Origin: a virus
Lineage: Duplodnaviria; Caudoviricetes
IMG/VR virus record: IMGVR_UViG_3300033067_000628
Location: 9,705-73,704 of that record
Strand: one strand, 5' to 3'
Length of the DNA: 64,000 nt
Positions 56,021-64,000 of the stretch are shown piece after piece. Within the stretch, counting starts at the first letter, position 1, and every line of letters begins with the position of its first letter. The translations under genes were made by a program, and so were the position numbers. The notes under the pieces were generated by a model. It made no database searches, was not told the DNA's origin, and saw only the letters and a program-made list of their open reading frames with translations.

Positions 56021-57577
56021 TTATACTACGTTTAAGAAATCTTGAATGACTTCTTCATCGGACTTAGACTTCTCGGCATCCTTTTCGTCAGCCTTTTCTG
56101 GAGAAGTATCACTAACTGGAGACTCTAGCTTTTTATCTGCTACAACATTCTTAATGGGCTTGATGCCATTAGATTCTTGATATGCAGAAAGCTCAGTAGC
56201 TAGATCAGCTATAGAGTCCTTTAAAGAGTCAACTGAACGGCCGCAATATTCTGCGAGCTTAGCATTAAAGGCTTCAGCATCTTTAATGGTTGCTACTTGG
56301 GTCTTCTTAAGGAACATCTGAGAAGTTAACAAGGTTGTAGCATAAGACTTCTTTAAGTCTGTTATAGACTTGGTCTCGCTGTCACGAATTCTTGTTATCT
56401 CGTCATCCTTCTCCTTGAGAGAACCTTTGAGACGTTCAACTTCAGCCTTAGCAGAATCTGCTAGAGCTTTGGCATCTGTAAGTGACTTTGTCAATGCTTC
56501 AATAGAAGCACTCAAAGCTGCATCACTCAATTTGCCTTCATCACCCGCACCTTTGGTTTTATCTGCACTCGTCTCCGGGGCTACGACACCTTCCTTCGAT
56601 TTGTCAGCAGTATCAGCCTGAGCAGGCTTCTGAGTACCGCCGCTGGCCGCAGCAGTATCAGTGTTCTTTGTTTTATCTTCTACTTCTTTTTCTTTCATTC
56701 CTTTGTCCTCATTAGCTAATGATTTTATCATTGAAGGGTCAAAATTAGGGCTAACTGCGATAACTGTCTTACCGGTAAGTTTCTTTTTATCTTCAGCAGT
56801 AACCCTTGTCTTAATAGCACTAGCCATTAAGTGTACTTCATTTTCTCCATCGCTAAGGACTAAACTTTCAACGTTTGCCATCGAGGAATCAAGGCAGGAC
56901 ATTGAGTATTCATTCTCATTGTCTAGAGTTATTTCTTTAACTGCTGCTTGACTATCACCCGGTATGTTTACTACTGATACTTCACGATACTCAAGCGGGC
57001 CGGTTATACCGTAGCACTTGTACTTAGTATCGGAGCCTTCGACATCATACTCTTTACCTGGTATGTGCTCACACTCAGAAGAGTAGTCTGCCATGTTATC
57101 TCCACATATGCTGCATAGCATATATGCAGAATGTTGACGTGTAGAGACTGACTTGTATCTACCGTCAATGAACTTCTCAATGGCCTTAGGGTCTAGAACG
57201 TTAACGTCTAAACGAATAAACCCAGAACCGAGACCGGTACCTGGATTTAAGAAGTCATTATCGAAGTCATACCCATTCTTTAATTGAACGTAAGTAGCAT
57301 TTGTCACTCTACCAATTGCATCACCATCTTCATTGTGGTATCTAAGCAGAGGGCGTGGAGTTGGCTCAAGGAAAGTCTTGGCACTGTCTTTCATAAACTT
57401 ACCAGGATAAACCCGTAAGTTCGTTAATCGTCCAGAGTGTGTAGCATCTATTGATGCTTTAAGAATCGGCTTACGCTTAGCTGATTCCATATCACTAAGC
57501 AGAGAACGAGCGTCTGTAATCAAAGACTTAAATTCTAAGTCTAGATAGTCTTTAATCTCTACTTTTCTGGGGGCCAT
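56021..57577 (-). CDS. Prohead protease with fused C-terminal coiled-coil scaffold, 518 aa
   Basis: ATHSG, LLRYHN, RYKSVST, CSICG...CEHIPG, YREVSVVNIPGD. A charged linker and heptad-rich C-terminus follow. Confidence 0.85.
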   Translation of the reverse strand: MAPRKVEIKDYLDLEFKSLITDARSLLSDMESAKRKPILKASIDATHSGRLTNLRVYPGKFMKDSAKTFLEPTPRPLLRYHNEDGDAIGRVTNATYVQLKNGYDFDNDFLNPGTGLGSGFIRLDVNVLDPKAIEKFIDGRYKSVSTRQHSAYMLCSICGDNMADYSSECEHIPGKEYDVEGSDTKYKCYGITGPLEYREVSVVNIPGDSQAAVKEITLDNENEYSMSCLDSSMANVESLVLSDGENEVHLMASAIKTRVTAEDKKKLTGKTVIAVSPNFDPSMIKSLANEDKGMKEKEVEDKTKNTDTAAASGGTQKPAQADTADKSKEGVVAPETSADKTKGAGDEGKLSDAALSASIEALTKSLTDAKALADSAKAEVERLKGSLKEKDDEITRIRDSETKSITDLKKSYATTLLTSQMFLKKTQVATIKDAEAFNAKLAEYCGRSVDSLKDSIADLATELSAYQESNGIKPIKNVVADKKLESPVSDTSPEKADEKDAEKSKSDEEVIQDFLNVV

Positions 57578-57726
57578 TTTTTCTTTTCCTTATTCTTATC
57601 TTTTTTAGCTTGCTTAAGGTTTTTGTTCCTGCGCTTGCGTTTCTTTTCCTGGTGCTCGTAATACTCTACTGTATCTTTATCCAGGTCAGAATTTAGGATA
57701 ATATCATCTTTTTTACTTTCCGCCAT
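57559..57726 (-). CDS. Small protein with an acidic N-half and a Lys/Arg-rich C-half, 55 aa
   Basis: MAESKK... starts 4 nt after the portal TAG and overlaps the protease start by 19 nt. Confidence 0.5.
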   Translation of the reverse strand: MAESKKDDIILNSDLDKDTVEYYEHQEKKRKRRNKNLKQAKKDKNKEKKKWPPEK

Positions 57727-57730
57727 ATCT

Positions 57731-59995
57731 CTACTTCTGTCCAAGTCTTATGTCAAATTCACAATTAGAATGGGTAGCTAGGAGTGTCTTGTAAGACCCA
57801 TTCTTATCTATCAGCGAAACTTCAATCTCTCCTGATTCTTCACAGTCTTCACAATGCCAACCGTCCGGGAACAATACAATTGTAGTGTAGCCATGAGAGC
57901 GGGCAGTCTTAGCATATCCATATCTATAAGCTAGATCTATTTGCTTTAAAGATAAGGCTTTAAGTTCGCCAGAGATTTGATCAAATATAGAACTTACGAT
58001 AGTAGATAAAGGAGTTTCTGTAGCTATACCAGAGAGTGCATCATTGCTATTTATAAGATTGATAGCTACTTCTGATACTTTCTTAAATGACTTTTCAATA
58101 GAATTCTTATAGAACCGATCAATCATTTTTTTGTTGATACTAGGTTCACCTATAAGACCTAAGTCATTCAAGCATTCTTTTGCACCAAAGTCAATAACTT
58201 GATCTAGTATACTATGGGATTGCTGTGTAGCTTGGTTTATCCAAGACTCAAAAATAGCCTTAAGCTCTTCGTCTTTAGTTAGTGCCGTAGAGTCTTCTGA
58301 CACAACACCGCCTTGGTGCTTATCAACCCATGTAGCTACAGAAGCTTTAGTGTAGCCTAGGCCTGTATCTTGTAATACCAAGAAGGCATCCTTAGCTATG
58401 TCTAGAGAGTTCTTAGTAACTCTAGTCTTGCTGGACTTCTTGCCATGTTGATTAGCTGGTCGCGTTGTGTTACTTGACTTTTTTTTTGCAGCCGAAGCAG
58501 CTTTAGTAGCCTTGGCTTTAGCCACAGCCTGTTCACCAGCCAACTGTTGCACTTGCATATCACGCTCGTGTGCCATAGCAGGGTTGGTTTGGGCTTGCTC
58601 TTCTTCAGATAGTGGCTTCTTCTTGAGGAAACCTTTTCTGAATTCGTCTTGGGTAATAGTACCACCAAGGAACATATCTTGACCGTGGGCTTGGTGAGCT
58701 CTTTCTTCTTCTCTGTTGATCATAGAGAAGCTCCATTCAACTAAGTTAGTTGTTGGATCTACATCATATCCACCTTCCATACAAAGAGGAAGTATAAGCT
58801 GATATGTAAACATATCAGATATAACAGCTTGGAAGTCTCTAGCAGAGTCCTGTAGGCCTTGAGATACAGTAACGGCAGATGCCTTATTGGTTGCACCACC
58901 TCTACCTAAGTCTACTTCACTTAAACGCAATCCACCTAATACACGGCTTTCAAAATATTCAAGGTAGGGTACAATGTCTAGGGTATTCTTATCACCACCG
59001 AGTAAGTCACCCTCTACTCTATTAGAGGTAATGAGGCCACCAGTACGAGACATATTCTCTACTGCTTGTCTTACCATCTCTATTTCACTAGTTCCATCGG
59101 GGAACACCTGTGGACCTATTGTCTCTAGGCCTACTTTAAAGTGAAGCAATGGGAAAGCGTGTCTTTGGCCTATTAGCTCAGCTATCTCTTCTAGTCTACG
59201 TAGAGAGCGAACGTCATCTAATGTAGGAAGGATATAAGGTGTACCGAATATAAAGCCGGGTTTCTTATCTATAGTAGCAACTAAAACGTCATCAGCATCA
59301 AAGGTAATCTCAGTTTGACTACCTATTGGGTTAGCAAGCTTTTGACGCCACTTAATAGGGTGACCATAGTCATTTAAAGATACCGATACGCAGGTAGGAT
59401 CCAATGGGTATATACCAGCTATAGGCTCTCTATCCCTACCATACATACGAATAGTTCTACCACTAGAGCGTTCAGCATCTCGTTTAAGAACTAAGAATGC
59501 TGTACCGTATGCTACTAGGTTAGTAGTAAACTCTCTGAGTACTTGTTGGGTTGTTATACCAGAGGTGAGGGATATCTCAAAGAGGCGCTTCTTGCAATAA
59601 TCGACCATCTCCTGGTCTTCGCCATTTAAGCTATAGCCTTCTTTAAGGATCTGCTCTCGGTGCTTACGTACTGACTGATTGATATAAGGTTCAACGTCAA
59701 TAGCTCTACCAATCTCAGCTAGGTCATAGCCTGAGCTATAGTAGGTATAGTTAATATCCTTACGCATATCAGAACCCACAGCGGGGGTTCTATACATAAG
59801 GGGACGTTGTAAACTACGTCTACGTTCCTTGATAGCCTCTTCTATTTGACTAGCCTGAGATTGAGAAGAAGATACAGCAAGCTTAAGGTCTGACACTTCT
59901 TCAGCCATCTTAGCACGCTCAGAAGCTGCTTTATCTATATCCTCTTTGCGATATAGACGGAACGGTATCTTACCTAAAAAGTCTGATAGAGCCAT
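57731..59995 (-). CDS. Portal protein with a C-terminal extension resembling a Mu gpF/SPP1 gp7-like head morphogenesis domain, 754 aa
   Basis: Portal motifs AIDVEPYINQSVRKH, FTTNLVAYGTAF, IYPLDP, FIFGTPYILPTLDDVRSLRRLEE. The C-terminus has HCEDC (57842-57856) and HSNC (57761-57772). Confidence 0.85.
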   Translation of the reverse strand: MALSDFLGKIPFRLYRKEDIDKAASERAKMAEEVSDLKLAVSSSQSQASQIEEAIKERRRSLQRPLMYRTPAVGSDMRKDINYTYYSSGYDLAEIGRAIDVEPYINQSVRKHREQILKEGYSLNGEDQEMVDYCKKRLFEISLTSGITTQQVLREFTTNLVAYGTAFLVLKRDAERSSGRTIRMYGRDREPIAGIYPLDPTCVSVSLNDYGHPIKWRQKLANPIGSQTEITFDADDVLVATIDKKPGFIFGTPYILPTLDDVRSLRRLEEIAELIGQRHAFPLLHFKVGLETIGPQVFPDGTSEIEMVRQAVENMSRTGGLITSNRVEGDLLGGDKNTLDIVPYLEYFESRVLGGLRLSEVDLGRGGATNKASAVTVSQGLQDSARDFQAVISDMFTYQLILPLCMEGGYDVDPTTNLVEWSFSMINREEERAHQAHGQDMFLGGTITQDEFRKGFLKKKPLSEEEQAQTNPAMAHERDMQVQQLAGEQAVAKAKATKAASAAKKKSSNTTRPANQHGKKSSKTRVTKNSLDIAKDAFLVLQDTGLGYTKASVATWVDKHQGGVVSEDSTALTKDEELKAIFESWINQATQQSHSILDQVIDFGAKECLNDLGLIGEPSINKKMIDRFYKNSIEKSFKKVSEVAINLINSNDALSGIATETPLSTIVSSIFDQISGELKALSLKQIDLAYRYGYAKTARSHGYTTIVLFPDGWHCEDCEESGEIEVSLIDKNGSYKTLLATHSNCEFDIRLGQK
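58479..58487 (-). other. A9 run containing an in-frame A-AAA-AAG heptamer (possible slippage/frameshift site)
   Basis: Minus strand reads GCA AAA AAA AAG TCA (A503-K506). The -1 frame meets TAA at 58472-58470. Confidence 0.4.
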
Positions 59996-61920
59996 TAGAT
60001 AATACCCCGTAGCTGGTCAGCCAATCTTTGTCCTAACATGATTCCTTTTAGAGCTGAGGAGTTCTCTCCACATTCGCTCACTTTATTTTGAAGTATCTCT
60101 TCAGTACCGTCAGGGCCCCTACCGGGGACTTCTATACCTGAACCTTTTACTACAAAAGGCTTTATGTTGCTAAAATGTTTCCTCCTAGCATCCTCAGGCA
60201 TGTTCAACACAGGGAACATCTTAGGAAGATCTACAGCAACAAAGTCTAGAGTCTTATCAGATATGGTATCATTTAATAGATTGACATCACCATCTGACGT
60301 GTTACAGATAGCATTAGCAGTGTCTAGCTCTCTGATAAGCTTATCTAGTAAGCCTATTATGCTACCCATTGTTCTACGCTCTACTGTTAGGTGAGCAGTC
60401 TTACCACCACGGTTAGCTATTCTAGCTGTTAAGGCATGCAGCTCATCGAAGATAAAGTTTAGGTACTTGGCTAGTTCTAGTATAGATATATCTATTAAAT
60501 TTAGAACTATACCAAACCCTGCGCATAGCTTATCTGCGTCTAGTACGTCATTGGTATTGCAACCATTAAACTTTGCATATAGTCCATATGCTAGCTGATC
60601 TATGATTACTGAGCAGTAGTAAGATATAAGGTTAAGCAATACAGTGGTTGTAGTCTCACTCAAATAAGACAATAGGTCTTCTAGATTAGCGCTAAGTCTA
60701 AGTGTAGTGATCTTAAGTATATCAGAAATTTGCTTTAATGTAGCTGTGTCCATTGGACCTAATAGCCATACTAAGCAACACACAGTTCTTGGATCTACAC
60801 TAAAGGATAGAGCCTGGAATATCTGATCATACTGGTGATTGATTGTTATATTTATATTGGAGTAGTAAGCACCTAATAGGTTATTAACAGCAAAGGTTCC
60901 TACCTCATCTGATAGCGTAGGATCATCGTCTATACCATCAGCACTACCAGGACTGTTAAGCTTATAGTACTTTCTCCATTTGTTAGAGAAGGATGGTGCC
61001 ATCGAAGCACCAGATCTGACTATTAGCTGTGAGTCTACTACGTGAGAGTATGAGATCCAATGATCATAGTTTAATAGATCTTGGTGAGTCTTGATATAGT
61101 TAAACGCATAATGCTTAATAGCCTTATGGTCATTAAAGGTTTGGTTAGTCTTAAAGGTACTATAATCAAACCCGGCGTCTGTTAAGATCTGTTCTCTCTT
61201 AGAAGGAGAGTTACATAGCTCATCAAAGGTATTAGATATGTCAGATGGGAAGTTAGCATTCTTATAGAGTCTCTTGTATTCAAATACAGAAAGACCTAAC
61301 TCTAGCAACAAAGCAATTGCTACTGGAGAACCTTGAGCACCCCATGACTTAAAGGAGCCAGTTCCACCATTACTATCTACATCAACCTGTGGAGATAAAA
61401 GGAATGACAGGTCTGCCATTTTGCCGGCAATCAGCATACCAGCAAAAGGCATTAGCCCTTCTAGGAAGGTTGTAATCCAATCAGATCCATTACTACTCAT
61501 ACCTTTATGAGTAGTAACTACTTTGCTATGAGCTATTTTTGGATCAACGACATTAAAGCTAAGCAATGCATCTTCATCAAATGCAGAAGACCTACCTGCT
61601 ATAAAGTCGCATGCAGCTTGGAACTGTCCAAAGGTAATACTGTCATAGCTAGTGCCAGGATATAGTCTCTGTAGAGAAGCAACTACTGAAGCTTCTTGCT
61701 CAACAGGCACAAAGCCTGCCGGGTCCATATTGGCTATCGCAGCTTTAAGTTCTTCACCCTTAAGGAAGAGCTTAGTGAGATTATCAAAGACAACGTCTTC
61801 AGGAGGCTGCACTTCTGGTGCAGACTGAATGAAAGAGTCAGCAGTATTAGGATTGATAGTCCTAAGCCTGATGTCTCTTTGTCTATCGAAAGACGGTATA
61901 CCTTGATACTCTAGACCCAT
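59995..61920 (-). CDS. Hypothetical helical protein between terminase and portal, 641 aa
   Basis: TAATG coupling at both ends; several hydrophobic helices; no family recognised. Confidence 0.7.
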   Translation of the reverse strand: MGLEYQGIPSFDRQRDIRLRTINPNTADSFIQSAPEVQPPEDVVFDNLTKLFLKGEELKAAIANMDPAGFVPVEQEASVVASLQRLYPGTSYDSITFGQFQAACDFIAGRSSAFDEDALLSFNVVDPKIAHSKVVTTHKGMSSNGSDWITTFLEGLMPFAGMLIAGKMADLSFLLSPQVDVDSNGGTGSFKSWGAQGSPVAIALLLELGLSVFEYKRLYKNANFPSDISNTFDELCNSPSKREQILTDAGFDYSTFKTNQTFNDHKAIKHYAFNYIKTHQDLLNYDHWISYSHVVDSQLIVRSGASMAPSFSNKWRKYYKLNSPGSADGIDDDPTLSDEVGTFAVNNLLGAYYSNINITINHQYDQIFQALSFSVDPRTVCCLVWLLGPMDTATLKQISDILKITTLRLSANLEDLLSYLSETTTTVLLNLISYYCSVIIDQLAYGLYAKFNGCNTNDVLDADKLCAGFGIVLNLIDISILELAKYLNFIFDELHALTARIANRGGKTAHLTVERRTMGSIIGLLDKLIRELDTANAICNTSDGDVNLLNDTISDKTLDFVAVDLPKMFPVLNMPEDARRKHFSNIKPFVVKGSGIEVPGRGPDGTEEILQNKVSECGENSSALKGIMLGQRLADQLRGII

Positions 61921-63866
61921 TAGAATGTTTTTCTATTACCTAAGCTTGAATTTCTATTGATATTTCTCATACCAAAGTGCCTTTGAATAGCGGTTTTATC
62001 ACCATTAGATAAGGCTTTTCTAAGGCTTTCATGGGCATTTTTAGCCCCAAAAATGGTACTTAAGTCAGTAGTAATCTGATTAATCTTCTTATATCCAGCG
62101 TCAAGCTGTCTTGTTATTTCACCTAAAGACTCAGGATTAGTTTCTTTAGTTTCAGACTGTGGATTAAATGGCGAATCAATTGTGACTATATGACGTGAGA
62201 TGCTAAGCTTTCTCATGTCAGAATACTCAAGAACGAATGCAACAATGCTTAACATGAATGCTGTTAAGGTGTGATCTTCGCCTTGGCTGTATGTTGGTAA
62301 GCCTAATACAGACACACGTTCAATAGTGAAGTTACGCATCTGCTGTACAAGGCCTTGTGACTTGCCTTGAGCTTCACTGTCTTTAGATACTACAAGGATT
62401 TGGGTATCTTCAGATCTAGGTAATACGATTCTACCTTCTTCAAGCTGAAGCTGACAGACGTTAACCATGAATGGTTTAGGATGCTTTTTGATAATAGCAC
62501 CAGAGCGTGGGTCTCTAATCTCAATCTGCCTATTCATTGCATAGGGCACAACCTTGTCACGCAAACCGGTGAAAGGTTTATCAACACCAATCTTATGCAA
62601 GATCTCTATTTGGACTCTACCGTATCCTTCGTCAACATAAATATAGTCCACATTAAATGTATCATTGATCTCAAGGATTCTATCTATAGCAGCATGCTGA
62701 GTAAAGTCAGTATCCTTAACGATATCTTTTCTTAGGATCTTATACTTACCAGCCCAGAATTCTGTAACTACTAAGTGTACACCATTCTTCTCACCGTTCC
62801 AGTCAACACCTAGGCATACTCTAGACTGTGGGCTAGCACGTTCTTGTGGAAGAGAGTAGTCTGCTAATGCAGCATCAATCAAGTCGTTTCTGAAAACGCC
62901 CTTTTCCTGTACACCGAACTCTGCTAAGAACTCGTGTTCGAATGCAGTAGAGCCCCAGTTAGTTAAGAAGAACGTTTCAGTATCATCAGTCCAAGATGGA
63001 GACTCTGCTGATATATAATGGAACTCCTTAAATGCTAAGGACTTATCAGTGCACCATTGGTAGAACTTATTATGTGCACCCTTGGGGGTAGAAGAAGCCC
63101 AGAGACCACAGTTAGGATAAGAAGCCAAGATAGCAAGGATAGCTTCCAAGTCTGCGTCATCTAGATAGTCACATTCGTCTAGTACGATATAGTGTGCGTC
63201 TTGACCTCTAATCTTATCTGACTTAGATGCTGACTTACTACCAGAAGAGAAGCCCAGGATCGTAGACCCATTGTTAAGCTCTAGTCTTTGTGGGTTCTTG
63301 GTATTACGCTTGATTGAGCTTGATAGCTCAGGACTCATACTTAATAGCTTCTGCATTTCATCAAAGATCTTACTGACCTGAGATTGATATGGAGCGATTA
63401 CAAGAACTCTATAGTCTGCGTGAGTATATGCTGCCCATAAGGTTAAAATGCAAACAGCCGTGGTCTTGCCTACTCTACGGCCTGCTCTAATAACCTTCTT
63501 AAGAGAAGTGCAGCTAAGCATCTCCTCTTGGTACCATCTAGCTTCCCAGTTGAAGTTCTTAAGAGCCCAAGATACAGGGTCTGCATTGATTAGCAGCTCA
63601 TCATATTCTTGTGGGTTGTCAAAGTCTTCAGCACGTAATGACTTAAACTCATCAAGTACGTGACCCTTACAGGTAGGAATAAAGTCTTTGTTAGTTAACT
63701 TTAGATTATGAAGATCTTTATAGTAATGCTTGCAGTGTCCACATAGGTCTTTAAAGCCAGCACTAAAGGGCTTATAAGATGTAGACATGTAGTTACGCTC
63801 GGGGATATACTTCTTATATCCCTTTGACTCATCATCATACGACGTTACTTCTAATACATTTTCCAT
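61920..63866 (-). CDS. terL: Terminase large subunit, 648 aa
   Basis: EARWYQEEM (adenine binding), RAGRRVGKT (Walker A), YIVLDECD (Walker B), SSTPKG (motif III), CLGVDWNG and YVDEGYG (nuclease), EDHTLTA. Confidence 0.95.
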   Translation of the reverse strand: MENVLEVTSYDDESKGYKKYIPERNYMSTSYKPFSAGFKDLCGHCKHYYKDLHNLKLTNKDFIPTCKGHVLDEFKSLRAEDFDNPQEYDELLINADPVSWALKNFNWEARWYQEEMLSCTSLKKVIRAGRRVGKTTAVCILTLWAAYTHADYRVLVIAPYQSQVSKIFDEMQKLLSMSPELSSSIKRNTKNPQRLELNNGSTILGFSSGSKSASKSDKIRGQDAHYIVLDECDYLDDADLEAILAILASYPNCGLWASSTPKGAHNKFYQWCTDKSLAFKEFHYISAESPSWTDDTETFFLTNWGSTAFEHEFLAEFGVQEKGVFRNDLIDAALADYSLPQERASPQSRVCLGVDWNGEKNGVHLVVTEFWAGKYKILRKDIVKDTDFTQHAAIDRILEINDTFNVDYIYVDEGYGRVQIEILHKIGVDKPFTGLRDKVVPYAMNRQIEIRDPRSGAIIKKHPKPFMVNVCQLQLEEGRIVLPRSEDTQILVVSKDSEAQGKSQGLVQQMRNFTIERVSVLGLPTYSQGEDHTLTAFMLSIVAFVLEYSDMRKLSISRHIVTIDSPFNPQSETKETNPESLGEITRQLDAGYKKINQITTDLSTIFGAKNAHESLRKALSNGDKTAIQRHFGMRNINRNSSLGNRKTF

Positions 63867-64000
63867 TATGACATATACACTTTGCCATTAGCTATCAATT
63901 TATGATTTGTTATTAAATGCTGGGCCACAGAGAAGTCGGGCCCATCAAACTCAATGGTAGTAAAGCCATGTTGCCAGTCAGGATAGTTTGCATACTCAAC
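63866..64000 (-). CDS. Partial gene (3' end): probable calcineurin-like metallophosphoesterase
   Basis: Hand translation gives ...VEYANYPDWQHGFTTIEFDGPDFSVAQHLITNHKLIANGKVYMS*. PDWQHGF...NGKVY resembles the C-terminus of phage metallophosphoesterases. TAATG overlap with terL. Confidence 0.5.
   Translation of the reverse strand, partial: VEYANYPDWQHGFTTIEFDGPDFSVAQHLITNHKLIANGKVYMS

Noticed and set aside
862-63663. Numerous 60-150 aa ORFs on the plus strand or in alternate minus frames in the ORF track
   Set aside because: They lie within long, motif-bearing, tightly coupled minus-strand genes and show no motifs or SD sites. They are shadow ORFs.
61920-63866. Intein or group I intron in the terminase (or in the MCP or polymerase-like genes)
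   Set aside because: Motifs are continuous with ordinary spacing. No Hint-domain C/HN ends or reading-frame breaks were seen.
1-64000. Stop-codon reassignment (TAG or TGA), known in some jumbo phages
   Set aside because: Genes tile the window almost completely in the standard code. TAG and TGA occur only at sensible gene ends (e.g. 40586, 49814, 57731, 11010).
1-64000. CRISPR arrays, tRNAs, diversity-generating retroelement, integrase or IS elements
   Set aside because: No spaced repeats, cloverleaf-sized gaps, reverse transcriptase, template/variable repeat pair or recombinase motifs were seen. The window is nearly all coding.

Overview
The whole window is the virion-morphogenesis region of a large contractile-tailed bacteriophage (myovirus). 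It is probably a jumbo phage, since the structural module alone exceeds 64 kb. Every supportable gene is on the minus strand, uses the standard genetic code and is tightly coupled to its neighbours (14 TAATG stop/start overlaps). In transcription order (right to left) it encodes: the end of a probable metallophosphoesterase, large terminase, an unknown helical protein, portal, prohead protease with scaffold, head decoration protein, major capsid protein, neck proteins, tail sheath, three tube-fold genes, two tail assembly chaperones, a tape-measure-like protein, a 1795-aa protein, a giant baseplate hub, gp25-like and J-like baseplate proteins, and about 25 kb of baseplate/fibre/adhesin genes. 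Two things stand out. (1) The 1795-aa protein between the tape measure and the hub carries collinear remnants of both RNA polymerase beta and beta' double-psi-barrel motifs, ending in DNDKD. It looks like a single-chain, probably virion-packaged two-barrel RNA polymerase or a repurposed derivative of one. (2) An intact Cys-type formylglycine sulfatase is embedded in the tail-appendage operon among LamG, beta-helix, CBM-like and FN3 proteins, which suggests a virion module for attacking sulfated glycans. Smaller signals include an A9 slippery run at the junction between the portal core and a C-terminal F-like domain, a truncated endonuclease-like minigene, and a Met-rich, very basic mini-protein. 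All calls come from motif recognition by eye; no database searches were run.
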